Assembly: GCA_963799775.1 (NCBI GenBank)
Contig: CAWCYD010000003.1
Coordinates: forward strand, 640,001-704,000
From: an uncultured archaeon
GTDB taxonomy: Archaea; Thermoproteota; Nitrososphaeria; Nitrososphaerales; Gagatemarchaeaceae
DNA: 64,000 bases
Direction: 5' to 3'
Numbering within the stretch: the stretch's first letter is position 1; every line of letters starts with the position of its first letter. The notes beneath the pieces are model-generated. The model ran no database searches and had not been told where the DNA came from. It saw nothing but the letters and a program-made list of their open reading frames with translations. Positions 49,480 through 58,811 of the stretch are shown here, piece by piece. A program made the position numbers and the translations under genes.

Positions 49480-50651
49480 TTGTTTTCAGAGGAAGCCCAG
49501 CGTGAAGCCCAGCCCGATTCGAGCGCAAACATCGTCTCCTTGGTCAGGCTTCTCTCCGACATAGGCCCTGACATCGCCGAGATCTCCAGGCGTCTGGGGC
49601 AGTTCAAGGAGAGCGTGAGATACCGCTACAGGGAGAAGGCATAAAGCGAGGTTTTGCAATCAAGGCAGACGTGGACTACGGGGCCCTTGGGTTGACCAGG
49701 GTCGTGATGAAGCTCAGGTTTTCCCCGATGTACACGCAACAGTCCCACAAGATTCTCGAGGTGTTGAGCAATCTATCCTACCTCGTGGCATATGCTGGGA
49801 CGATGCCAAACGATCTCTACATAGTTCATGCAGGCGTCCCCACGGAGTTTACGGAGGAATTCCATCGACTGATGGAGAGCCTCAGGGACCGGGGGATGTT
49901 CATGTCGGTGGAGTTCTATGACTGCAACTGGTTCAGGGTCGCGCCGATGCGGGCGGAATGCTTCAACTTTGACGAGGGTGTCTGGGACTTCGATTGGAGC
50001 AACCCGCCACCGATAGAGGAAAAGGCTGCTCGTGCCACCATCAGCGAGAAGAAACCTCTCGACAAGGTGGACCTTCTCATCGTCAAGGAGCTTTGGAAGG
50101 ACAGTAACCGCTCGCTCGTAGAGATTCGCGAGGCCATCAAGAAAGTGAACGGCGTTGACATCAACTACAAGACTCTCGGGTGGCACTTCGCACACCACGT
50201 GTTGGGACACCACCTGATCAGAGACTACTCGATAACCTGGCACGGCATGAAGTACAACAGCGACCTTCAGCAAATCACGCGAGTCGGGAAGCACGGTTAT
50301 CTTGGGGCGTCGCTCATACTTCGAGAAGCAAATGAACAGGAAAAAATGCTAATGCGAGGCCAACTCAATCGTCTGCCGTTTCTGTGGTCCGAAGCGTCTG
50401 GCGAGGTCTACTACGCACAGCTCTTTTTCCCGCTAGAAATGATTAATGAGGCCCTGGAATATCTCAAGACTCTGCTAAAGCCGTACGGGGATAGAGCCGA
50501 GCTCTTCATTCTAGACAGAAGGGAGATGACGTCATTCACGATAGGTTATCAAATGTGGGACGAGCGAAGCTCCCAATGGAGCTTCGACCGTGAGCGTCTT
50601 CTTGGCCGTCTGGAAAATACACTTCTGAAGGTTGCGGACAGAAGAGCCTAG
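49480..50651 (+). CDS. Tandem Lrp/AsnC-like regulator B, paralogue of 17883-18986 (frameshift near 49640)
   Basis: TTG 49480: ...LLSDIGPDIAEISRRLGQFKESVRYRYREK / KRGFAIKADVDYGALGL...FNFDEGVWDFDW...LDKVDLLIVKELWKDS...INYKTLGWHFAHHV. Confidence 0.8.
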
Positions 50652-50776
50652 TCCGCGTTTCCGCCGCCTTCAAACGCCTTCAAGTGGACTCCTGCATGCA
50701 CACCATGCGCTGTCATGAAGAGTGAGAAGGCTCCAAAGACGACCAACGCGTACCTTACCTTCTGATCGAGTTCCAT
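50648..50776 (-). CDS. Small hydrophobic prepeptide B (42 aa), homologue of peptide A
   Basis: Manual translation MELDQKVRYALVVFGAFSLFMTAHGVHAGVHLKAFEGGGNAD*; below the ORF-track cutoff. Confidence 0.8.
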   Translation of the reverse strand: MELDQKVRYALVVFGAFSLFMTAHGVHAGVHLKAFEGGGNAD

Positions 50777-50799
50777 GGAAACAGTCTTCTGAATCCAGA

Positions 50800-50807
50800 T
50801 TAATAAA
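50800..50807 (-). promoter_or_regulatory. TATA box for peptide B (leaderless)
   Basis: TTTATTAA ending 24 nt upstream of ATG 50776. Confidence 0.65.
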
Positions 50808-50931
50808 TCTGCGCTTTGCATGACCAAAAGGCCATTTGTGCGATGTAAATTCTAACGTTATTCTCAGCAAATGGGTCAGTTATTGCATGATAGAGCGGCA
50901 TCCCGCCTATGCGAATTCTAAGGCCCTGCTT

Positions 50932-52065
50932 CTAGATTGGCGCCTTGCCTTTGAGCACGCGCTTCAGCAGCTCATTGAAGACGATGAGCGTCCCGGAGCC
51001 ACCGAGGAGAAACACGATGACCACGGTCGGGATGTAGTCGAGGGGGTTGCCCGTGTTCGAGGTCCACGGGACGCCCCAGACCGCTTGGGCGAAGAACGAG
51101 AAGATGCTCCCTACGTAGTCTATGGACCAGTGAAGGAGCAGGCTGGTGTGGAGCCCGTACTTGATGTAGAGATAGCCAAGCGCGAGTCCGGCCAGCGCGG
51201 CCTCGCTTATCTTTCCTGGACCCCAGCCCGACCCCGAGGCGTAGTGCGCGTAGCCGAACATTATCGAGGACAAGACCAGGAAGGCGTAGACGACGGGCCT
51301 GATCGCCCGTATCTTCGTAGAGTCCTCCGCCCGTGCCGGGAAGAGGGAAGGGCCAGTCGTCTCGAACGAGGCCACCGTCTCGATGTCGTCTGCCTCGTCG
51401 GCGTCCCACAACGAAGAGGGACGCCAGAGAGCCTTCACGATTTTCCTGGGCGAGAACTCCCTGAACATGACCAGGCCCAGGACAAGCACGGGCACCCCGA
51501 TCATGATGAGCCGGAAGGAGGTCTCCTCCAGAAGTGGCGCGAGCGTGAAGTCAACGAGTAAGGAGAAGGGGTCTCCCGTCAGAGAGCCCGTGGATATGCC
51601 GGCGGAGTTCTGCGCTGTGTCGACCAGCAGGGTCACCAGGCTCGTGGCCCCCAGGAGCACCATCATCGCGGCCATAGGGTTCGTGAAGAGCGCCTCGTAG
51701 CCCTGGGTGGCGGCTCCCCTGAGCGACCTCCAAAATCCGATCCCCTGCTTCAGCGCGAGAATCACGCACGCGAGATAGGCGACCGAGCAGACAAGGAACA
51801 GCACTCCTAGGTTCCCCGATACGGGCACCTGGACGCTGGTGAAGACCACGTCGAGGTTGATCCCGTAGATGGGCGTTGATGCGGTGTAGTTGTTGGAGAG
51901 GTGGGCGCCGAAGACCGTGTAGACCCCCACGGGGAAGGAGACGAGCATCATCCCCAAGGTGAAGATCAGCACCGCGTCAAGGACCAGTAGCCATCTCGTC
52001 CAGGACCATCCTCCCGACTCGACCGCTCGCTGCTGTTGCTGCGGTTCGTTTGGGGGTAAGGACAA
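50932..52065 (-). CDS. CPBP/Abi (type II CAAX) intramembrane metalloprotease
   Basis: APLLEETSFR (EExxxR), FGYAH, HWSID; start TTG 52065 inferred. Confidence 0.85.
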   Translation of the reverse strand: MSLPPNEPQQQQRAVESGGWSWTRWLLVLDAVLIFTLGMMLVSFPVGVYTVFGAHLSNNYTASTPIYGINLDVVFTSVQVPVSGNLGVLFLVCSVAYLACVILALKQGIGFWRSLRGAATQGYEALFTNPMAAMMVLLGATSLVTLLVDTAQNSAGISTGSLTGDPFSLLVDFTLAPLLEETSFRLIMIGVPVLVLGLVMFREFSPRKIVKALWRPSSLWDADEADDIETVASFETTGPSLFPARAEDSTKIRAIRPVVYAFLVLSSIMFGYAHYASGSGWGPGKISEAALAGLALGYLYIKYGLHTSLLLHWSIDYVGSIFSFFAQAVWGVPWTSNTGNPLDYIPTVVIVFLLGGSGTLIVFNELLKRVLKGKAPI

Positions 52066-52070
52066 CTCTT

Positions 52071-52301
52071 CTAGGGGTCTCTGGCTCTCGCCTGGTCTGC
52101 TGAACGGTCCTTTCTCTCTGCCTCGTCCTCGCTCCGCCTGTCCTCTAGGTAGACGTATCCCTTGTAACCGCAATTCTTGCAGTAGTAGTCCTGCGGGACG
52201 AGCCAGCCGCCCAGCTCGCTGCCCTTGAAGAGGGGGGAGAGACAGTTGACGCAGAGTTTTGGCACTGGCTTGCTGGGGTTCCTCCTCACGAGGCGCGGCA
52301 T
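52071..52301 (-). CDS. Small zinc-ribbon protein
   Basis: CVNC...GGWLVPQDYYCKNCGYKG. Confidence 0.75.
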   Translation of the reverse strand: MPRLVRRNPSKPVPKLCVNCLSPLFKGSELGGWLVPQDYYCKNCGYKGYVYLEDRRSEDEAERKDRSADQARARDP

Positions 52302-52381
52302 CCCTTCGTCCGCCTCCTCCTCAGTGGACGGCAACGGGGTCCCGATGTTTCCGGCGCATCCCTAAAACCCTTTGCGCTGGC

Positions 52382-53179
52382 TCAGGGGACGTTCGTGACC
52401 TGCACGTGGACCACCTCGCTGAAGGACTGCCCACCGAGATATGTCCCCGTCACCGTCATCGGGTAGACCTGGCCCCCGTTGAAGGTCAGGCTGGCGAAGA
52501 CGATCTCGGTGCTTGAGGCCGAGCCGCCTGGCTGGAGCGGGTTCGCTTGCGAGACGCTCCCGAAGTCGAACGTCTGACCGCCGCCGTTGAGCGTCAGCAC
52601 CGCCTCGAGGTGGGAGGCCGATCGTCCGTCGTTGGGAATAGAGAGGGTCACGTTGAGCTGCGGCACCGCAGGGATCGTCGACTCGACGTCTTGAACCGAG
52701 ACGACCTCGATGGGCAGGGAGGTGTTCGCGCATCCTCCAATCGCGCCGCCGACCTCGGTTGCATTGACCTGCTCTACGGATGAAACGGAGCCTGACCCGT
52801 TGAGGAGCACCCGGATCTCGGCGGCGGGCGTCTGGACCGGCGCGTCCCCGCAAGGATAGGACACCGTCCCGTTGTAATATGCGAACGTCATCGAGCCCTG
52901 CGCCTCCCCGATGTAGTTGAAGCAAAGGCCGCCGGCCGCGCTCGTGAAGGCGGCGCTCTGCTCGACCGCCTGGGCCGCCTGCGGCATCGATGGGTCGTTG
53001 CAGTCGACCCCCGTGGTGGTGGCTGTAGAGATCGCTCCACCGGCGGGCGTGCTCAGCCGCTGGGTCTCGACGTAGAAGAAGTACACTCCGCCGACCGTGG
53101 CGACCAGGATTAAGACCACGAGGACGCTTGTCGGTATCTTCGTCCCCTTTCCTGTGCCCCACTTGTCGCTTCCTTTCAC
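52382..53179 (-). CDS. Membrane-anchored extracellular hypothetical protein
   Basis: N-terminal TM (VLVVLILVATVGGVYFFY), Cys pairs, beta-rich C-terminus. Confidence 0.7.
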   Translation of the reverse strand: MKGSDKWGTGKGTKIPTSVLVVLILVATVGGVYFFYVETQRLSTPAGGAISTATTTGVDCNDPSMPQAAQAVEQSAAFTSAAGGLCFNYIGEAQGSMTFAYYNGTVSYPCGDAPVQTPAAEIRVLLNGSGSVSSVEQVNATEVGGAIGGCANTSLPIEVVSVQDVESTIPAVPQLNVTLSIPNDGRSASHLEAVLTLNGGGQTFDFGSVSQANPLQPGGSASSTEIVFASLTFNGGQVYPMTVTGTYLGGQSFSEVVHVQVTNVP

Positions 53180-53365
53180 AATCGTCTCGCAGTCCGAATC
53201 ATGTCATCACAAATAGGTTATGTTAGCAAGATGACCAGTTCGCCTGCAGGCTACGCCTTGATCGTTCATTCGCGGTTGCAACCGCGCTCTTTTGGGTGCG
53301 AAGGTCAGAAGGACAGCTGTTTGAAAATGGGCGGGTATAACCGCCGATGGGAATTGATATTGATA

Positions 53366-53816
53366 TTGAATCGATTGCTGCGTGACCTGCGGGATCCTCC
53401 TTACAGAAGAGAATTGGACGCTCGGGAACTGAAGAAGGCGCTACCGAACCTGCAAATATTGTCACGCTGCCAGGGTGAGGGCCTATTATCGCGAGCACAA
53501 GACGGAAAGGAACGACTACTCGCGTAGGCATCGTGAGAAAGCGAAACTTGCAGTGCTGTCTCATTACGGAGGAGATCCACCTCATTGCAAATGCTGCAGA
53601 ATCTCAGACATTGAATTTCTGACGTTAGATCATTTGAATGATGACGGCGCCAAGCATCGACGAGATATCGGCTATCCTAATTCGGGCCACTTCTACTTCT
53701 GGTTGATCAAGAACGGCTATCCTGCCGAGGTTCCGCTTCAAGTGTTATGTTGGAACTGCCAATGGGGCAAGAAAAGCAAAAGAGGATGCCCACACGCTAT
53801 GACCCAGAGTAACTAG
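53366..53816 (+). pseudogene. Degraded HNH-type (His-Me) endonuclease
   Basis: CKCC...LTLDHLNDDG..HR...YFWLIKNGYP...QVLCWNCQWGK...GCPH; upstream in-frame CVTCG...N*RRRYRTCKYC with TGA at 53430. Confidence 0.7.
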
Positions 53817-53818
53817 TC

Positions 53819-53938
53819 TTGGGCGACGAATACTGCTATTGCGGGACAAAGATGGTCCAGATCCAGAGTTGCCGATATCGGTGCCCGAACTGCGGGGCCC
53901 TGCTGGATTGCGAGGACGTCTCCGGCCTCCCAAAGTAG
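53819..53938 (+). CDS. 39-aa CPxCG-type zinc-finger microprotein
   Basis: TTG 53819: MGDEYCYCGTKMVQIQSCRYRCPNCGALLDCEDVSGLPK*. Confidence 0.7.
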   Translation: MGDEYCYCGTKMVQIQSCRYRCPNCGALLDCEDVSGLPK

Positions 53939-54006
53939 TCTTGCGATTGGATTTTTCAAGCGCGCGCTTATAGCCATCTCTCAGAGGAGCCTTCAGCAGC
54001 GAGAGA

Positions 54007-55030
54007 ATGAAGGCGGCCCTGGTGGGTGCGGCTGGAGAGGTGAAGATGGAGGAGTGTCACCGACCCTGTCCCCGCGGAGGGCGAGGTCTTGGTCAAACTC
54101 AAGTGCTGTGGCGTCTGCGGCACAGACCTCGAGAAGGTCCAGGGCGTCGGCATCACGACGAAGATCTTGGGGCACGAGGCCGTGGGCGAGGTGGAGGAGG
54201 TCGGGAGGGGCGTGTCGAACGTCGAGAGAGGGATGCGCGTGTTCGCCCACCATCACGTCCCCTGCCTTTCGTGCGACATCTGCCGCCGCGGCAAGACAAC
54301 CTACTGCGCGGAGTTCGCGAGGCACAATCTCGTGCCCTGCGGCCTGGCCGAGAGGTTCTTGGTCCCGAAGTTCAACGTCGAAAGGGGGGCCGTGATCGAG
54401 CTCCCCGAGGCTCTGGACTACGAAGAGGGGAGCTTCATCGAGCCTCTGTCGTGCTGCATCCTCGGGATGGACAACGCGCGCGGTGCGTCAGCCCGCTCCG
54501 CCGTCATCTATGGCGCAGGCCCAGTCGGCCTGATGATCTACAAGCTTCTCTCCCTCGCCAAAGTCCCGAAGATCGCGGTGGGGGACGTGAGCGAATACAG
54601 GAACTCGTTCGCAACGAAGCTCGGTTGCGAGCTCGTCTTCAACCCGGCGAACCAGGAGGAGACGGAGAGGACGCTCGGCAATGCGATGCCAGGCGGCCCC
54701 GAGCTCATCGTGGTCGCGACCGCGAGCACGGCCGCGTTCGAGGAGGCGACCCGGAGGGCAGCCAGGGGAGGGACGGTCCTGCTCTTCGGCGCACCGAAGA
54801 GAGGTGCGACCGCGACCATCGACCTGGCTAGGCTCTTCCTGAACGGGACATGGTTGGTCACGAGCTACGCATCGAGCGAGAAGGAGACACAGGAAGCGAC
54901 GAAGCTTCTCGCCCAGGGGTCTCTCGAGGTGACCGACCTCATCACCCACAGGTTCCCTCTCGCCGACTCGGAGAAGGCGTTCGCCGCAGCGGGCCAGCAG
55001 CAGTGCATGAAGGCCCTGATATCGGATTGA
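54007..55030 (+). CDS. Zinc-dependent alcohol/polyol dehydrogenase (frameshift near 54065)
   Basis: CGVCGTD, GHE, CLSCDIC...C, GAGPVG. Confidence 0.92.
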
Positions 55031-55037
55031 TCGCTGG

Positions 55038-56089
55038 ATGAGGCCCAAGACCGCCGCTGGACGAGCGAAGGCGCACCCCGTCGCCAAGAGCGAGGCCGAC
55101 CCGAACACGCAGACGATCCTCAGCGTCTTGAAGACGTATCCCGCGAACGAGGTGGCCATCATAGGCTGCAACACGGCGCACATCGGCAGGAAGAGCTGTG
55201 AATACGACCTGCTCGTTGTGAGCAAGGACCCGACGCCGCCAAAATATGTGAAGGCGGGGGACGTCTACGCGGAGATAGTCTTCAGGTCTGAGAGGGAGCT
55301 GAGGAGTCCAGACCCGGAGCTCAGCGTCTCGCTGGCAAGGTCGACCATCTTGAGGGACGGGTCGCTCCTCCTGGCAGGGGTGGTAGCCGGCTGCCAAAGC
55401 AAGGAACTGGAGAACTGCGCAAAGGCTGCCGAGTCCCGTCTCGCCTCTGCGCTGAAGGCCCTCGGAAGGGTCGACGCCGAGGTCGCACACGACGTGACTG
55501 AAGCTGACTTTTGGCTGACGTCGGCTGCGATCGACTTCGCCATGTCTGAGATCTTCTTCAGCCTCCAGATCCCTTCGCCGAGCCACCTCTTCTCGCAGAT
55601 GAAGGCCCTCTCGAACAAAAAGTCGGCGAGCTTCAAGGAGTGGACCGAGGCCTCGGGCTTCACACTCGCGACGAAGGCGTCCTGCGAGAACAGGCTCGAG
55701 ACGCTCGGCGTCCTCTACGACGTGTTGCGCACGACGTCGATGGACATGCCGATGTCCTTGAGGTTCGGGAGGTTTCGGTCGGAGGACGCCATCTCCATAG
55801 TGAAGGGAAAGGCGACGGAGCTGCTACGGTCGCTCGAGACGATCGAGTGCTACTCCTACCTCGGCTACGAGGTCGTGAGGACCGTCCTCGACCTGCACGC
55901 GCTCCACTGCTACGTCCTCAAGAAGGAGCCCGACTACTCCAACATAATCGGCGAGCTGACGGAAGGACCGAGAGGCTGATCTCCGAGGAGCTCCTGAAGG
56001 GGATGGGCATAGTGAGGCAGCCGGAGCTCATGAAGGCTGGGGCGGACTCGTTGAGGGCCGCTATCTCGACCCTCGCGACGAAGATCTGA
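55038..56089 (+). CDS. Conserved hypothetical, nucleotidyltransferase-like fold (frameshift near 55975)
   Basis: IIGC...SCEYDLLVV motif. Confidence 0.6.
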
Positions 56090-56103
56090 GCGGGGTATCC
56101 GGG

Positions 56104-57039
56104 ATGTGCCGTGTCGGAGTCGTCAAGGGCGATGAACTCCTGAGGTACTCGTTCCCCCCTCCGCACCCGTTCAACTCCTCCAGGACCGTGGCATTCTGGA
56201 AAGGGCTCGGCAGGATGAAGCTTGGCGAGGTCGACCTCGAGCCGGAGAGGGCGGACGAAGAGATGATCGAGCTGTTCCACGAGCCGGCGCACGTCGAGTT
56301 CGTCAGGAAAGCTTCGACGCTCGGATATGGCTATCTCGACGAAGGCGACACGCCCGCCTTCGAGGGCGTGCTCGAGGCCACGGAGTTCGCCGTCGGTTCG
56401 ACCGCCTCCTGCGTGGAGCGCGTGGCGAACGGGGAGATCGACCATGGCTTCAATCCGGTCGGAGGGCTCCACCACGCACGGCCCGACCGCTCCGCGGGCT
56501 TCTGCGTATTCAACGACATCGGTGTGGCGGTGAGACTGTTGAGAAAGCGGGGGGTGAAGAGGATCCTCTACGTGGACATCGACGTGCATCACGGCGACGG
56601 CGTCTTCTATCCGTTCGAGAGCGACCCTGACACATTCATCTTCGATGTCCACGAGGACGGGCGGTTCCTCTATCCGGGGACCGGCCGCCAAGACGAGACG
56701 GGAAAGGGCGTCGCTGTCGGGACGAAACTCAACGTCGCCTTGCTTCCCGGGGAAGGAGACGAGCGATTGAAGGACGTCATCCCAAGACTTGAGGCTTTCG
56801 CAGCCAAATCGGAGCCTGACTTCGTCATACTCCAGTGCGGCGCGGACGGTTTGGCAGGGGGCCCGATAGGCGGGCTCAACTACTCTCCCGAGTTTCATAG
56901 GACGGTGACGCAAACGCTGCATTTGTTTTCACACGAAGTTTGCAGTGGAAGGATGGTGGCCCTCGGAGGAGGCGGCTACGACCCGGAGAACTGCGCGCGG
57001 GCCTGGACAGCAGTGGTTCGAACACTTATCGAGAAGTAA
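56104..57039 (+). CDS. Histone deacetylase-family protein (AcuC-like)
   Basis: GGLHHA, GFCVFND, DIDVHHGDG, QCGAD, GGGGY. Confidence 0.93.
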   Translation: MCRVGVVKGDELLRYSFPPPHPFNSSRTVAFWKGLGRMKLGEVDLEPERADEEMIELFHEPAHVEFVRKASTLGYGYLDEGDTPAFEGVLEATEFAVGSTASCVERVANGEIDHGFNPVGGLHHARPDRSAGFCVFNDIGVAVRLLRKRGVKRILYVDIDVHHGDGVFYPFESDPDTFIFDVHEDGRFLYPGTGRQDETGKGVAVGTKLNVALLPGEGDERLKDVIPRLEAFAAKSEPDFVILQCGADGLAGGPIGGLNYSPEFHRTVTQTLHLFSHEVCSGRMVALGGGGYDPENCARAWTAVVRTLIEK

Positions 57040-57129
57040 GTACCTTAAAATTCCAAATCTTGGAATATTTGTAGTGATAAATGAAGAATCCGATATATAG
57101 GCTTAAGTCCTAGTATACGTTGTCAGAAG

Positions 57130-57339
57130 ATGAACAGGGGCATGAGCAACCACCTGCAACCGCAACCTAGGCCAACGAAAACTAGCAGTTGCAGTTTCTG
57201 CGGACGGACTCTGGGCCAAGAGTACTACTTCACCTGTCACGTCTGCGGTGCCAAGTACTGCTACATCCACATGTATAGGCACGGCAAGGCGCACAGGGTG
57301 CCGGCGTCAGCGACGCCAGCTGCGATACTGGTCGAGTGA
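57130..57339 (+). CDS. Small AN1-like zinc-finger protein
   Basis: CSFC...FTCHVCGAKYCYIH...H. Confidence 0.75.
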   Translation: MNRGMSNHLQPQPRPTKTSSCSFCGRTLGQEYYFTCHVCGAKYCYIHMYRHGKAHRVPASATPAAILVE

Positions 57340-57358
57340 CCCCTCGGCCACCGAACGG

Positions 57359-57844
57359 TCACCCGGTCTTCTGTTTTCGGAGTTCCAAAGCCGCTTGTCG
57401 GACTGATTTCACTATGTTCTGGTAACCGGTGCACCTGCAGAGGTTGCCGCTCAGGCCCTGCCTGATCTCTTGGTCGGACGGCGCGGGGTTCTCCTTCAAG
57501 AGGAACGCGATCTGCATGACCATCCCCGGAGTGCAGTAGCCGCACTGGAGGCCGTGGTTGTCCCAAAAGGCGCGTTGAATCGGGTGGAGGCCCCCTTGCG
57601 CATCCTGCAGGCCCTCTATGGTGGTGATCTCCCTCCCGTCGGCCTGGACGGCGAACATCGTGCACGACTTCGCCGACGCTCCGTCAAGTAGGATGGTGCA
57701 GGCGCCGCAGTTTGAGGTGTCGCATCCGACATGAGTCCCGGTGAGGCCAAGCGACTCGCGCAGGAAATGGACGAGCAGGAGCCTCGGCTCGACCAGCTTT
57801 GTGACCTTGCTGCCGTTGACCGTGACAGTGATCGTGGATTTCAT
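57359..57844 (-). CDS. coxS: Molybdenum hydroxylase small 2Fe-2S subunit (CoxS/CutS-like)
   Basis: [28 protein letters not shown]. Confidence 0.9.
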   Translation of the reverse strand: MKSTITVTVNGSKVTKLVEPRLLLVHFLRESLGLTGTHVGCDTSNCGACTILLDGASAKSCTMFAVQADGREITTIEGLQDAQGGLHPIQRAFWDNHGLQCGYCTPGMVMQIAFLLKENPAPSDQEIRQGLSGNLCRCTGYQNIVKSVRQAALELRKQKTG

Positions 57845-57857
57845 CTTCTCGAGCTCC

Positions 57858-58755
57858 CTATGCCTTCGCTCCTTTGGCCCTCGCGACAGCCGCCTCGATT
57901 GCCCTGGCCGTGAACACCCTCGCCATCGCTCGTTTGTAGTCTGCTGACCCCCTGAGAGGGTCGTCCGTGGGAGAGCTCTCGCTCGCTGCCGCGGAGGAGG
58001 CTTCGGCGATGACATCGTTCGTCATGGTCTTGCCTGTCAGGCACTTCTCGGCCCTCGACGCTCTGAGGCTCTTCGATGCGAGCCCGGTCAGTCCGATGCC
58101 CGCACACGAGCACCGTCCGTCCTTAGACCCGTCAAGAGAGACCTGCGCGGCCACTCCGACCGTCGCGAAGTCGCCCGCCTTCCTCTCGAGCTTCATGTAG
58201 GCGCCGCCACTCCTAGAGCCTGGTGGTATCGGGACGGAGATCTCCATTATCAGTTCGTCCTCGCTCAGGGCCGTCGTGAACGTGTCGACGAGGAAGTCAT
58301 CTATCGAGATCGACCTCCTTCCCGACGGGCCGACAGCCACAACCCCGCCCCGCAACGCCAGGACCGCCGCCCCCATGTCGCCGCTTGGGTCTGAGTGGGC
58401 GAGTGAGCCGCCTATCGTCCCCAGATTGCGGACCTGAGGGTCGCCGATAGAGGACGCCACCTCCGACAGCAGAGGGCACCTTCCTTCTCACCAAGGGAGA
58501 GGTCTCGAGCGCGTGGTGCCTCGTCAGGGCCCCGATACGGAGCAGCTTGCCGTCTGGGCTCTCTTCGACGTACTCGAGCCCCTTCACTCTGTTGATGTCC
58601 ACTATCACTCCAGGGGAGGCTAGCCTCATCTTCATGAGCGGGATGAGGCTCATCCCGCCCGCGAGCACCTTCGCGTCTCCTCGGTGCTCATGGAGCAGGC
58701 TCACCGCCTCTTCGACCGAGCTGGGAGAGAAGTACTGGAAGGCGCGCGGGACCAA
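57858..58755 (-). CDS. coxM: Molybdenum hydroxylase FAD subunit (CoxM/CutM-like), frameshift near 58480
   Basis: [38 protein letters not shown]. Confidence 0.9.
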
Positions 58756-58811
58756 CGTGTGAACACGAAGCAGGCCCGAGTTCGGGATAAAACTATTCTG
58801 CGCTCTCCGCT

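Noticed and set aside
50670-50870. 66-aa minus-strand ORF from the track
   Set aside because: It spans the TATA box and overlaps out of frame the 42-aa prepeptide that has clear homology to peptide A.
53430-53432. In-frame TGA in the HNH gene as selenocysteine or read-through
   Set aside because: Not at a Cys-motif position and accompanied by a second lesion near the start; decay is simpler.
57359-58755. Aerobic CO dehydrogenase
   Set aside because: Substrate cannot be assigned without the large subunit and its active-site motif.
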